Shown here: positions 46,691 through 58,501 of the stretch, in pieces
Layout of the letters: each line of letters opens with the position of its first letter
Numbering within the stretch: the first letter of the stretch is position 1
IMG/VR virus record: IMGVR_UViG_3300044854_000085
Coordinates: 20,757 to 84,756 of that record
Length of the DNA stretch: 64,000 bases
Reading direction: 5' to 3' (one strand)
Source of the DNA: a virus
Lineage: Duplodnaviria > Caudoviricetes
Notes under the pieces: model-generated
The model's input: the letters and a program-made list of their open reading frames with translations, nothing else
Database searches by the model: none
What the model was told of the DNA's origin: nothing
Program-made: the position numbers and the translations under genes

Positions 46691-47169
46691 CCACGGCCGG
46701 TCTTGATCGCCGGTAGTTTTTCTTCACGCATCAGCTCACGCAGATACGAACGCGGCAATCCGCTGAATTCGGCCGCCTGATCCAGTGTGAGAAACAGCCG
46801 CGGAGGCTCCGGCTTCCCAACCGCATCCGTCATCGCACGCGCAGCCAAGCCCAAAGCATCCAATACCGCCGACGCCACGACTATCTGAGAAGTAGGAGAA
46901 GCGGTCGGAGAAGTCGTCTGTAGCGCCTGCGATTCGCGCGGCAATACAAACGGTTGCGCGTCGGGATTGCGTTCCTTGCGCAGCGCCTCGACATCGCCCG
47001 GGTGATACACCGCCGCGGGCGGCCGTCCCGGTTGCGACCGCTTCGCGGATTGCAGCTTCCCTTCCGCCGAGAACTTCTCAATCGTCTTTGTGCTGACGCC
47101 GATCGCGTCGGCCGCTTCCTGTTTGGTGAGCCAGTCGGAGTACTCCGGACCGGGAGCCGATGCAGACAT
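46654..47169 (-). CDS. Double HTH (excisionase/MerR-like) DNA-binding protein
   Basis: WLTKQEAADAIGVSTKTIEK and FLTLDQAAEFSGLPRSYLRELM..LPAIKTGRGWRI. Confidence 0.8.
   Translation of the reverse strand: MSASAPGPEYSDWLTKQEAADAIGVSTKTIEKFSAEGKLQSAKRSQPGRPPAAVYHPGDVEALRKERNPDAQPFVLPRESQALQTTSPTASPTSQIVVASAVLDALGLAARAMTDAVGKPEPPRLFLTLDQAAEFSGLPRSYLRELMREEKLPAIKTGRGWRIRRRDLEAL
46892..46913. repeat. Dispersed motif, direct pair GTAGGAGAAG-CG-GTCGGAGAAG inside the double-HTH gene
   Basis: Read directly; encodes the SPTASPTS linker. Confidence 0.7.
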
Positions 47170-47321
47170 TTCAGTTCCCCAATCGATTTAAGGGCGGCCG
47201 GACGCTAACGCGGACCCAATGGTTCAGAAAACCCGACCGCCCCTCACGCATGACACTTCGCTTCAGATGCCGGGATGGTCCCGACCGCCCATTCCGGCGC
47301 AATTGCCGGGAATCTCTTTCC

Positions 47322-49177
47322 TCAAGCCGCGGCGCGCCGCCGTTCAGGCGCACCGTAGGGATGCGTTGAATAAAACCCATCGAGAACATGCATCGTCGAA
47401 TGACACCGGACGCATTGAATGGATGCCAGTCCGTCGCTGCGGCTGCGGACTTCAAACTCCGATCGCCGGCACGTGGAACACTGGACGCGCTCGCCCCGGC
47501 CTTCGACGAAGAACCACACTTCCTGGAATTCCGCTAGTCGCTCGTTATGAGAGCCCATCAGTTTGGAAAGTGCGTTTATCCTCATTTCACTCCAACCCGG
47601 CCGAGCGCCCGCGCGAGTTTTTCGATCGCATCCGGCGCCGGCGTGATGCCGCGCGCCTTCCCCTTCGCGAGCAGTTCTTCGCAGCGTTCAACGTCGACGT
47701 CGGGCCCACCGTTCAACAGGCCATATTTGCGCGCGGAATCGAGTGCAAGATAGCCTTCGGCCAAATCGACGGCGTCCTGCCATTCAGCGTTGGTTTTCGG
47801 ATCCATCGTCGACCCTCCGACCGAATTTCCATTGGTTGAACATTTTCTTCGCCTGCACGTGACGCTCGTACTTATCGAGCAATGCGTCGAGATCGATCGG
47901 CCGCTCCCATCCAACGAGCTCTTTACAGTCGCCGCAAATCACCGCGCAGTAGTCCCACGGTTGGCCAGTTACCAGCGCAACGATGCCGGCCCTCGACCAC
48001 CATCGCGAGCGCTGCACCTGGCCGCGCATAAACGGCGTGAATGGCGCCGCGCCGCATTTCGGACACGTCGCGAACTTCGGGTCCTGCATCAGTAGCGCGA
48101 TCGCTTCTAGCGGCATCAGGCGACGGCCTTCAGGTCCTTGGGACATTGATTGCAACGGCACCGCTTCTGCCCGCGGTATTCGGCATTCTTCATCGTGACG
48201 GTGTGTGTGCAATCCAACACGACGACGCCGCGTCCATTCGTGTTGGGCCTGAAGGCAATGACCGTCCGCAATGGACGTAGATCGCGCTCGCCCCGGTTCA
48301 TGCGGGAACCTCTTCTTCCTGTTCGGCCTCCGGTTCAAGACGCGCGAGCGCCTCCTGGATTTCTTCTGAACCTCCGGTCGCCTGTAACCGGTCGATCACC
48401 CATGCGAACTCGACGCCGTCGCTGACACGGCGCACCTGCACGTGACGCCGGCCCTTTCGGCCGACCAGTTCGACTTCCGTCCCAAAGCCAGTGAGAATCA
48501 TTCGCCCTCCTTCCAGATCAGGTTCCAGAACAAACGCAGCGTGTAACCGAGACTCGCCGCCCGTGCGCGTATCAGGATGTGGCCCACTTCGGCTCTTCGA
48601 AGATCCGTATAGTGGACGCGTGCGATCTCGGGGATGTCGAACACGTCGTGAAACACCATCGTCTCGAATATCTCGGGCGATCCGCGATAGTTCGCCAAGC
48701 CCGTCCACACGGTCGACACGAACAAACCATTCCACAAATGATCCTGCCGCACGATCCGGCCGCGGCCGTCTTCGAAATCGGCCGCCCACTCCAATAGGCC
48801 TTCCATACCGGGCGGGTATGGCGAACCGTCCATGCGGAAACAAGGAGACTGAACCTGTCTCATTTGCGTCCACAAAACGTACTGATCGCGTACAACGCGA
48901 GACTCGTGTGCGTGTCATCCAACCCCGACAAGATTGACCACAGATTGACTTGATGATCGGTCGAAAACAGCGATGCGGCGATTTCCAACAGTCGCCGTTC
49001 GCCGCCGGAGAACGTTCCGTCTTCCAGCATGCGATCGAAGTGGATTCGTTCCTTCTCCAGGTCGACATGCGCCCATACGCGGCCGTCATCCATAAACGTC
49101 TCATGCAGGAGGATCACCAGCGCTGCGCGCCAATCGCGTTGGCGATAGAGATCAACGATGCGGTCCGCTTTTGTCAT
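47322..49177 (-). other. Run of about seven small overlapping early genes, several Cys-rich
   Basis: For example 47322-47585, MDPKTNAEW..., MPLEAIALL..CPKC, 48116-48301, 48498-48875, MTKADRIV... Confidence 0.55.
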
Positions 49178-50274
49178 GCGGTGGCTCCTTTGAGAGCCGG
49201 TGTCTCCGGCCATTGGCGTACACGCAGATCGAGAGGCCATTCGTCAATGTCGCCGCCCTTCGAGTGATTGAACTTCAACGGCACGCAGTCCGATGGACAC
49301 ACCTTGCGGTTATGCGGAGCCGCGTTGAGTATTGGGGTTCGCGACAGACTTCGCCACGCGACTTCGCCCATAATCGGAACGCTGCCGAGCTGTTTCACGA
49401 AACACGCGACATTCGCGCCGCGGCATTTTTTAACGACCGATCGAGCCCATGCGAGATTGAACGGCCGCGCGCGCGGGCCGCTTTCGCCGCCGACGATGAC
49501 CCAATCTAAACGTGTGCCCCATGTGGAGCGCTCCGGCTCTTCGTGCGAGCCGCGCCGCTCGCCTGTCAGGGAATTGATTCCCGCAGACGGGTAGCCGTCC
49601 GGTCCAAGCCAATCAAGCGTGATTGGGCCCAGCGCGGGCTCGTAACTCACAAAGCGGATCGCAGCCGGCGTCTGAAGCAACAACGGAATTCTCGAGTCCG
49701 CAGCCTTCTGTGTTCCGGCCGAGACTCCGAGCCACACGTTCGGAAGTGGACCGTCTTCCAGGCAACGCGCTGTCGCTCGCATGTCATCGCTCCGGCGATC
49801 CAACGGATCAACATATTGGGCGATGCAATCCTCGATCAAACAATCGACTCTTCCAGGCGTTTCTGGATCGAGCAGATAGGCGCGCATTCGCTCGGGACGT
49901 TTGGTCAGCACCTGAAACGTGTGTCGCTGGCACGAAGCCATGACCGCGAAGACTTGATCGATCATCCACTCCGGAACAAACTCACCGAAAAGATCCGTCA
50001 TCGAACACACGAAGATGCGCCGCGGCCGTTTCCAGCGCAGCGGTTGCTCAAGAATGTGTTCCGCGATCGATATCTCCACCTTGTCACGATCCTGCCGGCG
50101 AAAACCCAACGTCGTACCGAGACGTCGGTTGATCACTTCCGCGTAACACTCTTCACATTCTTCCGACACGTGCTCGCAGTGCCAACCCGCGCGCACCATT
50201 TCTTCGTGGCCGTAGATCGCGCGAATCGGATTCCAGGACGCGTCGGTCCATTCAATTTTTGTGTGATCAGCCAT
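49174..50274 (-). CDS. Phage Gp37/Gp68 (DUF5131) protein
   Basis: TKIEWTDASWNP, CEHVSEECEECYAE, IFVCSMTDLF, FQVLTKRPER, RFVSYEP, WVIVGGESG, FVKQLG. Confidence 0.92.
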   Translation of the reverse strand: MADHTKIEWTDASWNPIRAIYGHEEMVRAGWHCEHVSEECEECYAEVINRRLGTTLGFRRQDRDKVEISIAEHILEQPLRWKRPRRIFVCSMTDLFGEFVPEWMIDQVFAVMASCQRHTFQVLTKRPERMRAYLLDPETPGRVDCLIEDCIAQYVDPLDRRSDDMRATARCLEDGPLPNVWLGVSAGTQKAADSRIPLLLQTPAAIRFVSYEPALGPITLDWLGPDGYPSAGINSLTGERRGSHEEPERSTWGTRLDWVIVGGESGPRARPFNLAWARSVVKKCRGANVACFVKQLGSVPIMGEVAWRSLSRTPILNAAPHNRKVCPSDCVPLKFNHSKGGDIDEWPLDLRVRQWPETPALKGATA

Positions 50275-53142
50275 CTTTCCCCCAACCCGCCTTTCTCAGA
50301 ATCTCGATCGCTTCCAACAGTTCCGGCGAAAGCGGAATACCGCGATAAATCGAAACCCCCAGATCCCGCTCGACCAGCGCCGTGAGCGTCTTCAGCAAAA
50401 CCCTTTTGCCGTCGACGGCGAGGCGTGGAGACCGATCTTGTTGGTCTTCCTTCACGACGCGTCCCTTTCTCGCTGCGCGTCCATCACGTCCCAACAATCG
50501 AAACAGATTTTTCGTCTGGCGATCGCCGACCAGGGCCGATAGTTGATCGCGGTTCCGCACAGGTCGCAGGTCCCCTCCTGTTGCGCCGGCAGTCCGCGCG
50601 ATGCCCAAAACGGCGCGGACATATCGTTCGCCTTCGCGATGCACACGACAAAGCCGCGCTCGCCGGTCAAGTCGGCGATTTCGTCGGCGGTGAGCTCCAC
50701 CCTGCCTGTCAATATTTCGCGCAGGCCCGGCGGTAGCATTTACACCTTCTCCGCCTTGCGAATCTTGATTGCGCGGATGAACACCGGATGTCCCATGTGA
50801 TCCGCCCATTCGACCCAATACCCGTACTTGTCGGGAAAGCCCGGCACTGTGTACGGACCGATGCTGCCGAGTACTCGGCCGAGCGCACCATCGCGGTGAA
50901 AATCCTCCGGCTCGGAATTGCACTTCACGATCAGCGTGTTGTTCGGGATCGCGCCGGGCGCCTGGTTCGTGGTGTAGAAGACGAGGCTCATAATTGATCC
51001 GGCACGCAACTGGAACAAACTCCGACGCCGGTCAATCGATTCACGACAGTCCAGGAGCAACCCAGCGCGCACGCCTGCGAATCCGTGCAACCGCATACGA
51101 GACACGTCGCCTCGATCCCGTCACCGCGCGACACGTCGATCGCTCGCCGGGCCAGCTTGCGGTAGAACGCGCGATGGGGACCGCTGAGCCCGGCAAGACT
51201 CTCGGCGTGACTATTGCCGATGTTGCAGCGCCACAATTCCAGGGCGAGCGTATCCACCACGCGCCGGTAGAGCGCCGGGGACAGTTCGTGGTTCTTCGTA
51301 AAAGCCCTCGCTGTTCTGTTCATCACGTCCTCCTGTACGAGCTGTCCTGCCGCGCTTCGTTCACCTTCCTCCCGCTTTCTGAAGTGCGGCCTTGATGTCT
51401 TCCAGCAGCACGCCCGTTTTCTTTCCGAGCTCCCGGTGTTGCTCCATCCATTTGTTCGGAAGCGTCAAGCCCATTTCGTAAATGAGCTCTGTGAACCGCG
51501 CCACGACTGCCAGCAACGCAGACATCGGATGTTCCGGGCATTGGGCGATGTGCGCTTTGAGGACGTCCGCCTGCGAGGTTGGAGTACTCGCCCTCGGTCC
51601 GTACTGATGGCCGCAGTAAGCGCAATTGACGAACATCCCGGATTGCAAATCCGCGATCCATTGCCGCAATCGCTTGCTCTCTTCGAGATCCGCCTTCGCT
51701 CCGGCTTGCAGATCGGCGATCCACCTGGTTAGTTCCTCTACGCGTGCGGCCAAGGCCGCGTTATCGTCGTTCATCACCGGGCCCTCAACTTCAAAACCAA
51801 ACTCGAAACGCGATTAAACAGATGATCGGAAAGGTTCAGATCGTCGTCGTCACGGATGGCTTCCAGCAGTTCGAGCATGTCCGTCGCGGCCTTGCACAAA
51901 TTGCACTTCTTGATCGAAATAAATACTGAACCGCGCAACTCCGGCCGCGCTACGACATCGCAGCGACACTCCAGACGCGGCGATTTCATCCTGCTTTCGT
52001 CTTTTGCTCCGGACATTGCTTGTGCTCCTTCGTGAAAGCCTTCATTACCTGAAGCCAGCTTTTGACGCTCATCGGCAGAGTGACCTGTACAAACGCGCCG
52101 CAGCGCCGACATTCGGCGCGGGCGCCGCTGTTGCGGATCACAACCCCGTTGAGATCCTTCGCTTTCAATTCACGCGCTCCCAAATGTTCGGAATCATCGC
52201 GGTATTGAACTCCCCTTCTGACAACGTCGGCTCGGGATCGGCAAACTCGATGACGTCGGGCCCACCGTCCACCGGCTTCCGGGAATAGCACATGATCGCC
52301 GTCGCTCGATGTTCGCGGCTCCGGCCTATGACCATCAATGCTTCCGGGTTGTTGGGATTCTCCGCAATGAGCCAGCGGCCGCGAGCGGCCGCGGCGTCAA
52401 TTTCACGTTCACGTGCCGGCGTGATTTGCGCCTCCATACGCACGTCGCTGATGATCAGATACGCATCGGCGCCGCCATTCATCAGGGAAAAGACAAGCAA
52501 GGTATCGCGCATGCGAGATCCGTGGAACACTTCGCCGTCGATCACAATCATGTGATGTCGGCCCAAGGCATCGACGATCAGCGCCCGCTGCCGCATACTG
52601 CCGCCAGTGGAGATCATCACGTCGCGCGCGAGTTTGGCATGAGCGAGAACCAGTTCTTCGAGCGCCGCTTTCGTCATCGCTTTCCCCTTCGCGCCGCGCA
52701 ATCGGCGAAGTGCGGTTGAATCCGACTCGTGAGTTGATCGGGAGTGATCGGCATCAATTTGCCCCTCGGCGTCCGCCAAAATTCAATGCTGGCATGGCAG
52801 AACTGACACCGTGCGCGCGCATGGTACGCATAGCCCGCAAGGTTGAGCTCGACGCGATCGCGCGGGAACGGCACGCTAGGCTCTTTCGCGTCCGTCGCCG
52901 ATCGCACGGATCTGTCCTTTGCCGGGCTCCAACTGTTTCCGCTCCATGAACTGGCTGTCCAACTGTTCGCCTGTCAGTTCAAGGAACTTCAGTTCGACCT
53001 TTGCCGAGTCGATGATGACGTCGGCAACCGCGGCAACCGCTCGCGCGCGATCGATGTCCATCGGTTTCTCTTCGTCCCTTAGAGACTCGATCGTTTCGAA
53101 CAAATGATCACGCAGGTCTTGTAGTCGATTCTTCGCCGCCAT
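50270..53142 (-). other. Run of small early genes (e.g. 50452-50739, 50988-51326, 51361-51777, 52674-52907, 52876-53142)
   Basis: Tightly packed minus-strand ORFs; several Zn-finger-like Cys pairs. Confidence 0.55.
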
Positions 53143-53983
53143 GTTCCTTCGCCTTCCTCCGTATGGCTCGTTTCAGCGCGCCCTTCAGATTGATGACTTC
53201 TCTCAGATCGGGCGGCAGGTTGTGAACGGTGGTGCGCGCCATGTGCTCTTTGTCGGTGAGCAGTTCCAGATTCTCCAGCGCGCAATTTAGATGGTTGCCG
53301 TCTTTCCACCAGATGCGATGCCCCGGCGGGATGGGCCCGTGCGCCGCTTCCCACACGCGCTTGTGGACGAATTCCCAATTCGGACTATTGGCGCCCTTCG
53401 CGCCGGGCAGCTCCGGCGCATCGCTGATCTTGATGCGCAGATAACCGTCGGCGTTGGGTTTAATCGTTCCGACGGGAAGGGTGTTCGGCGGGCGCGTGCC
53501 CTTCTTGAACTGCGTTTCTTCCATGCGGCCGCGGCCCTTCGAATAGCCGGGCCGGCGCAATCCTTTGTTCGCGGGCGCCTGGCCTGGCTTGAACTGAAAC
53601 TCGACGCCAATGTGGGCGCCCTTCTGCAACCGGCAGTGCGTTACCACGAACGTCTCGTCTTTCTTCAGCCCTAACTTGCGCGCTTGGGCATGGACGCTCG
53701 TCACGGATCGACCGATCCTTCTGGCGATATCGCGGGCGAAATGATCCGCGTATGTGCGCCGCAGGTAATCGTTGTCCTCGTCCGTCCACGGGTTTCGCAC
53801 GACGCGCTTTTGCTGGGATCTCCGATAGGCGGCGCTCTTTGTCAGGCCGAGTTTCTGAGCCTGAACGTAAACGCTCGACAGGCCGCGGCCGAGTGTCGTC
53901 GCAATGTCGATCGACGACTGATCCGCATACACGCGGCGGAGATAATCATTTTCGGTGTTCGTCCAGGCCCGGCGCTTCTTCAT
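53108..53983 (-). CDS. HNH endonuclease with two N-terminal HTH-like repeats
   Basis: WTxxENDYLRRxY..IAxxLGR..SV..QAxKLGL twice; VHKRVWE..HGPIP..WKDGNHLNC.LENL. Confidence 0.85.
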   Translation of the reverse strand: MKKRRAWTNTENDYLRRVYADQSSIDIATTLGRGLSSVYVQAQKLGLTKSAAYRRSQQKRVVRNPWTDEDNDYLRRTYADHFARDIARRIGRSVTSVHAQARKLGLKKDETFVVTHCRLQKGAHIGVEFQFKPGQAPANKGLRRPGYSKGRGRMEETQFKKGTRPPNTLPVGTIKPNADGYLRIKISDAPELPGAKGANSPNWEFVHKRVWEAAHGPIPPGHRIWWKDGNHLNCALENLELLTDKEHMARTTVHNLPPDLREVINLKGALKRAIRRKAKEHGGEESTTRPA

Positions 53984-55949
53984 CCACTTTTCTCCAGCGT
54001 TAGCCCGAGCCGAGCGGCGGCGCGTTCAGCGCATTCGGGGCAGTAGTACCGCCTCGTTCGTATATGGCCGCGCCATTGGGCAATGAGTCTGTGAGAGGCA
54101 TATTTCCGTGGATAGCATTGCGAGCAGAACAAGACGTCCATTCGCTTCAACTTAACGATCCGCCGAATGATGGGCTTGAAAAGTTCATAAGTCGCGTCAG
54201 GCAGGAAACTCACGACTGCTCCCACCTTCGCAGCCAGGTCAAAAGATCGATCGCTTCGTCTTCGGTGAGCGATATGCAGATGTCGCAGGAGCGGGCTTCT
54301 TTCCGTCCGAGCACTCCGGTGATCAGATCGGCGACTGGCGTACCGCCGAAGTTCACTTGAGAGACAGGCACTTCGATCTGCACGCCAGCCGCTCCCGTCG
54401 TCACCGAACGAAACGTGAAGATGTTCACTGGCCGCACCTATCGTGTTTGTCGCGTTCGTCGACCATCGGGCAGTTGTTCGCGTGTCCGGTGTTGTAGAAC
54501 TCGTCGTGATAGCCGCAGTAACCCTTGCCGATGAAGTTGCCGCACTTCGGACAGCGGTAACCCTGTGCCTGCATGTTGCGCGTTTCTTCTTCGTTGAGCT
54601 TCACGACTGCTCCAGCATCTTCTTCAGGTCCGGAACCGGCGCATACGGCTCGATGTTGTCCAGCGCGAAGCATCCGGACTTGCCAGTAAGTCCAACGACA
54701 GCCGTGTGCCCGCTGAGAACCCACGCCTCGGAATTGGTCGTGCAGGTCTCCCACTGGTCACGGCCGCGCACTGGGTAATACTTCACCAGCGCACAGACTC
54801 TGTGCTTCGCGTTCCATTCCGCGACTTGCGCTTCGAGTTCTGCTTGTGACTTCTGTTTCGGTCTTCCGCTCATAAGGACTCACTCCCAACTGGCATCACC
54901 GTCGCCGTGAATTTGCCGAGATATCGAACTTCCGAGTGCAATGTTCTCCGCGCGCACAACGTGATGCCCTGATGCCGATCGGAACTGTCAAACATCACGT
55001 ACTTGAGCCGAAGGGACTCGATCATCGGCTCGTGCTCGACTTCCTCACACCAGCACACGCTGTGTTGGTTGTTCAGCCGTTCGACGACGACGCGATAACG
55101 CAACCGCTTCGTTACGTCGGCCGGAATCTCCAGTTTCTGGCCCGGCATTGTCGCTTCCCATTCCTGAATAACCATCAACGTTCCTCCGGCTTGCTCATTG
55201 GATAAGTCCGACCCCTTTCATCGCCTCGAAATACGCATGGACGCGCTTCAAGGCGGCGCCATACGCCTCGGCGGTTTTCAGACTCTCTCGATCGATGGAG
55301 CTACTTTTCAAATCGAACGCAACGGCCGGCGTCGTCTCGTCGCCGCCGATGGCCGGACATTCGTAGAGCACGCGGCTGATCGCGCAGAATTCCCTCGCTG
55401 GATAGCTGCCGCCTTCATAGTGGCAGCCGGCAAAGATCAAGCCCGCCTGGGCCCACTGTTCGCGCGCGGGGCGGATCGCGTTGTTGGCCTCGCGCATGAT
55501 TCCCCAGATGACGCCCGAGTCTTCAAGGGCGGGATCGATGCGGTCGGGTTCGAACATGTCCCAAAAGCGCTGGAACGCGATGCGGAGAAACTTCGGCTCG
55601 TCCGCCTGCGCGATTCCCACTCGGAGATACGTCCTGTCGACCATTCAATCCCCTGCGTTCGAATTCAAGACGGCTCCTTTTCTTCGATCGCGACCATATC
55701 GTTCACGCGAAACGCCATGAGCATTCCCCCGCCGATGCGAACGATGGCGTAGTCGACTCCAAGCGCCGTCGTCCGGTAATGCACGAACTCGCACTCCCGT
55801 CCTGCGAACTGCTTGGCGGCTGGATCGTCGTCGTCCTGCGGGCGAACCCGCAGGAGTTGACCGCGATGGAAACGGATATCGGTTTTCACTTCGTCGTCTC
55901 CAGCGCCGCAATGACGAGCCGCTGCTTGCCGTCTTTCCACGGCGCCCAC
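53980..55949 (-). other. Run of small early genes (53980-54225, 54210-54437, 54601-54873, 54870-55178, 55195-55644 and others)
   Basis: Overlapping starts and stops. Confidence 0.55.
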
Positions 55950-57205
55950 TCCGCAAGCCCGCGCTCGACCAGCTCATCCTTGAGCGCCGCATAACAGTCG
56001 CGAAGCTGATCGATCGGGATTCCGCCAATCGCCGTCTCGGACGTCGTGCCGAAAATCTTGTCCAGGATGTCGAGCTTCATCTGCTTGTCCTTGCCCGTCG
56101 CTCCCGGCAACGCCCGTCCGAGCAATCCGAAGATTTCCTCCAACGCCTTTTCCCGGCGTCGCTTGATCTCGAAGCGCTCGTCTTCGGTTTTGATCAGCAG
56201 CGCCGCATCGCCTTCGGCCGACGTGTTGGCGATTTCGGGATTCGCGAGCACAGCCTCGATCGCCGGCGCGAAGTCCGCATACGTGGGGTTGCGGAACGTC
56301 TTGCCGTCGAGTAGCTGCGAGCGATCCTTGATGACCGTGGCTTCGCGCCACACTTCCTTGTCGTCGCCGATCATCTTCTCGAAGCGCTCCATCAGGATCA
56401 GCACGTCGGGTTCGTACGCGGTTTCGCCTTCGACTTTCATCTTCACGCCGCTTCTGAAAATCTGACGCTTGCCCGTCTCCGGGTCTTTTTCGTTGTCGTA
56501 CTCGTAGCCGGCGCGGCCGCACATGATGATCGAATAGGGATCGTTGACGAACGGTTCGGAGAACTCCTGTTTCCAGGTCGATTTGATCGGTCCCCAATCC
56601 TCGAACTGCAACTTCGTCCGCTTGACCTTCACCTTATAGGCGCGCAGGAAGTCTTCCCACACATGGGAAATCGAGTCGATGATCAGAATGTCGGCAAACC
56701 CGGCCCGCAGCCGGCGCATGGTCTCGGCCAGATCCGCCAGCGAGCGCGAAGAGCGCATCACCACCGGAACGCCGGCCTTGAGATAGAGGGGCTTCAAAAA
56801 CTGAGCGGCCTTCTCGGTGTCGAAGAGCACGACGGGCTTCTGCGACTGGAGATGTTTGTGCATCCCGATCGCGATCAGCGTCGCCGTCAGACTTTTGCCC
56901 GAGCCGGCGAAGCCTTCCAGACCCGCCTTGTAAAAGGGTTTCGTGTTGAGCAGCTCGGTGAAGAAGTTGTCCCCAAGCGGCTCGGTGATGGGTGGATGTT
57001 GTTCCACAGCACTCATTCGTGTAGTCTCCGGTTTGTTGTTTAGAGAAAGCACCCGCCGCAGTTCGGCAGTGATCGCTGCCGGATCAAACTGCGGCGGGTG
57101 TTTTTTTGCCGGCTGCCGGCGTTCGGCAGCCTCCAAGGTCGCCGACTGAATCGGCAGAATCCGCTGGTTGGGCCTTTGCGGATAAAACGGTCGTCGCATC
57201 GTCAT
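55886..57205 (-). CDS. AAA_24/Sak4-like NTPase (recombination); start may be 57016
   Basis: GFAGSGKSLTA, LFDTEK, LIIDSISHVWE, IIMCGR, EPDVLI. Confidence 0.8.
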   Translation of the reverse strand: MTMRRPFYPQRPNQRILPIQSATLEAAERRQPAKKHPPQFDPAAITAELRRVLSLNNKPETTRMSAVEQHPPITEPLGDNFFTELLNTKPFYKAGLEGFAGSGKSLTATLIAIGMHKHLQSQKPVVLFDTEKAAQFLKPLYLKAGVPVVMRSSRSLADLAETMRRLRAGFADILIIDSISHVWEDFLRAYKVKVKRTKLQFEDWGPIKSTWKQEFSEPFVNDPYSIIMCGRAGYEYDNEKDPETGKRQIFRSGVKMKVEGETAYEPDVLILMERFEKMIGDDKEVWREATVIKDRSQLLDGKTFRNPTYADFAPAIEAVLANPEIANTSAEGDAALLIKTEDERFEIKRRREKALEEIFGLLGRALPGATGKDKQMKLDILDKIFGTTSETAIGGIPIDQLRDCYAALKDELVERGLAEWAPWKDGKQRLVIAALETTK

Positions 57206-58312
57206 GGGCGCTCTTTTCCAACACGCTCGCAGTTCTCCCTCTCGATCACGGAAAACCGCAAAGCGGTCTCTAGCGGTAGTTGTCCGATGCGCTGTACGGC
57301 GTGGGCGGCTTGTTTGAGTAAGTGGCTCGCGTTGTCTAAATCGTTGAGCTTTGTGTGGTCGTCCAGAGAGTCCGCGAGTCGAATCAGTGCATTGTTGATA
57401 CGCGCCAGGTCTTCCCGGATCACTGTTGCGCGTGTATAAAGCTCGATAGCTAACATGTTATTTCGCCTCCGTGCGTTCTTCCAAATGGCTGCGCGAATAA
57501 CTGAGCACGCCATCGGCAATTTCGTTCTTCTGCGCTTGTTTGATCCGCTCGATGGTCGCGAGAAGTTTGCGGCGCGTCTCTTCCGGCATGCGAAGCGATT
57601 TGATGTCCTGTCCCAGCCAGCCGATCCAATAGGCCGTGTATCGCTCGTGTAAGAGTCTGCCCATTCCCTTCCTCCTTAAAACGAACAGGCCAAACGAAAC
57701 AGTTGGCAGATACACATCCCGTGATTGCAGGGACCATCGCTCGGATGATCGGTTTCGGGATGTCCGCATTTGCAGTCATAGATCCGGTCTTTCGAGTGAC
57801 CCCACATCGCGGTCTCCAGCGCCGCCTCCTGGTCGAGCTTGCCGCGTCGCTTCACAACGCCCTCCGCGTGAACGCGTCGAAGGTGACGAGTTCGGTTCCG
57901 CATTCATCACAATCGAAGCATGCGGCGTACATGCGCCGGGATTTGCCCGACGGTCCATACGTGGCTTGCACGTCTTCGCGACAGGCCAAGCAGCCAACCT
58001 CGATACAGCCTTCATCGTCGTCAAAATCCACGAGCGGCATGGAGTAGACGATCTCGACGCTGTCGTACATCGGCGATCGTCCGAAAAGCTGCGTGAATGT
58101 TCTGTCGATAGCCTTACTGTCAGAATTCATCGCCGTCGATTCATCCCTCATCGTCAATTCGCCCCCAAATAGCGATATCCATGGAGCGCCGCCGCTTCCT
58201 TTTTGGCGATCGTTCGCGCTTCCTGCCGGGTTTCGGCCGATATCGCGAACTCCACGCGGATACTCATCCGTCGCGGTTGAAACTTGCGATACGCGATGTA
58301 GTGCGTGGTCAT
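57202..58312 (-). other. First genes of the leftward early operon (57202-57519, 57458-57769, 57676-57903, 57852-58157, 58154-58312)
   Basis: 58312 ATG has a GGAGG RBS (MTTHYIAYRKF..., my translation); the rest are from the ORF track. Confidence 0.55.
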
Positions 58313-58348
58313 CCTTGAACTTCCTCCGTGATGTATGTGTCGGTTAGT

Positions 58349-58377
58349 AAGCTACAATAGACGGCGGATTACGTCAA
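58349..58377 (-). promoter_or_regulatory. Sigma70-like leftward early promoter
   Basis: TTGACG-17 bp-TAGCTT on the minus strand upstream of 58312. Confidence 0.6.
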
Positions 58378-58501
58378 TAGATTTTTGTAGGTTTCTACCC
58401 ATCACCACGCTGTATGATACCTGCCAGCACGTTCGGCCAATGGTGAGAAGGCGCTTGCTGCGTTAGCCTCCGTGGGTTTTCGGATTTTGAAGGAGTACTG
58501 A

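Noticed and set aside
48298-49104. Single 268-aa gene
   Set aside because: Only the last about 67 aa (MILTGFG...) look real; the rest overlaps two better ORFs.
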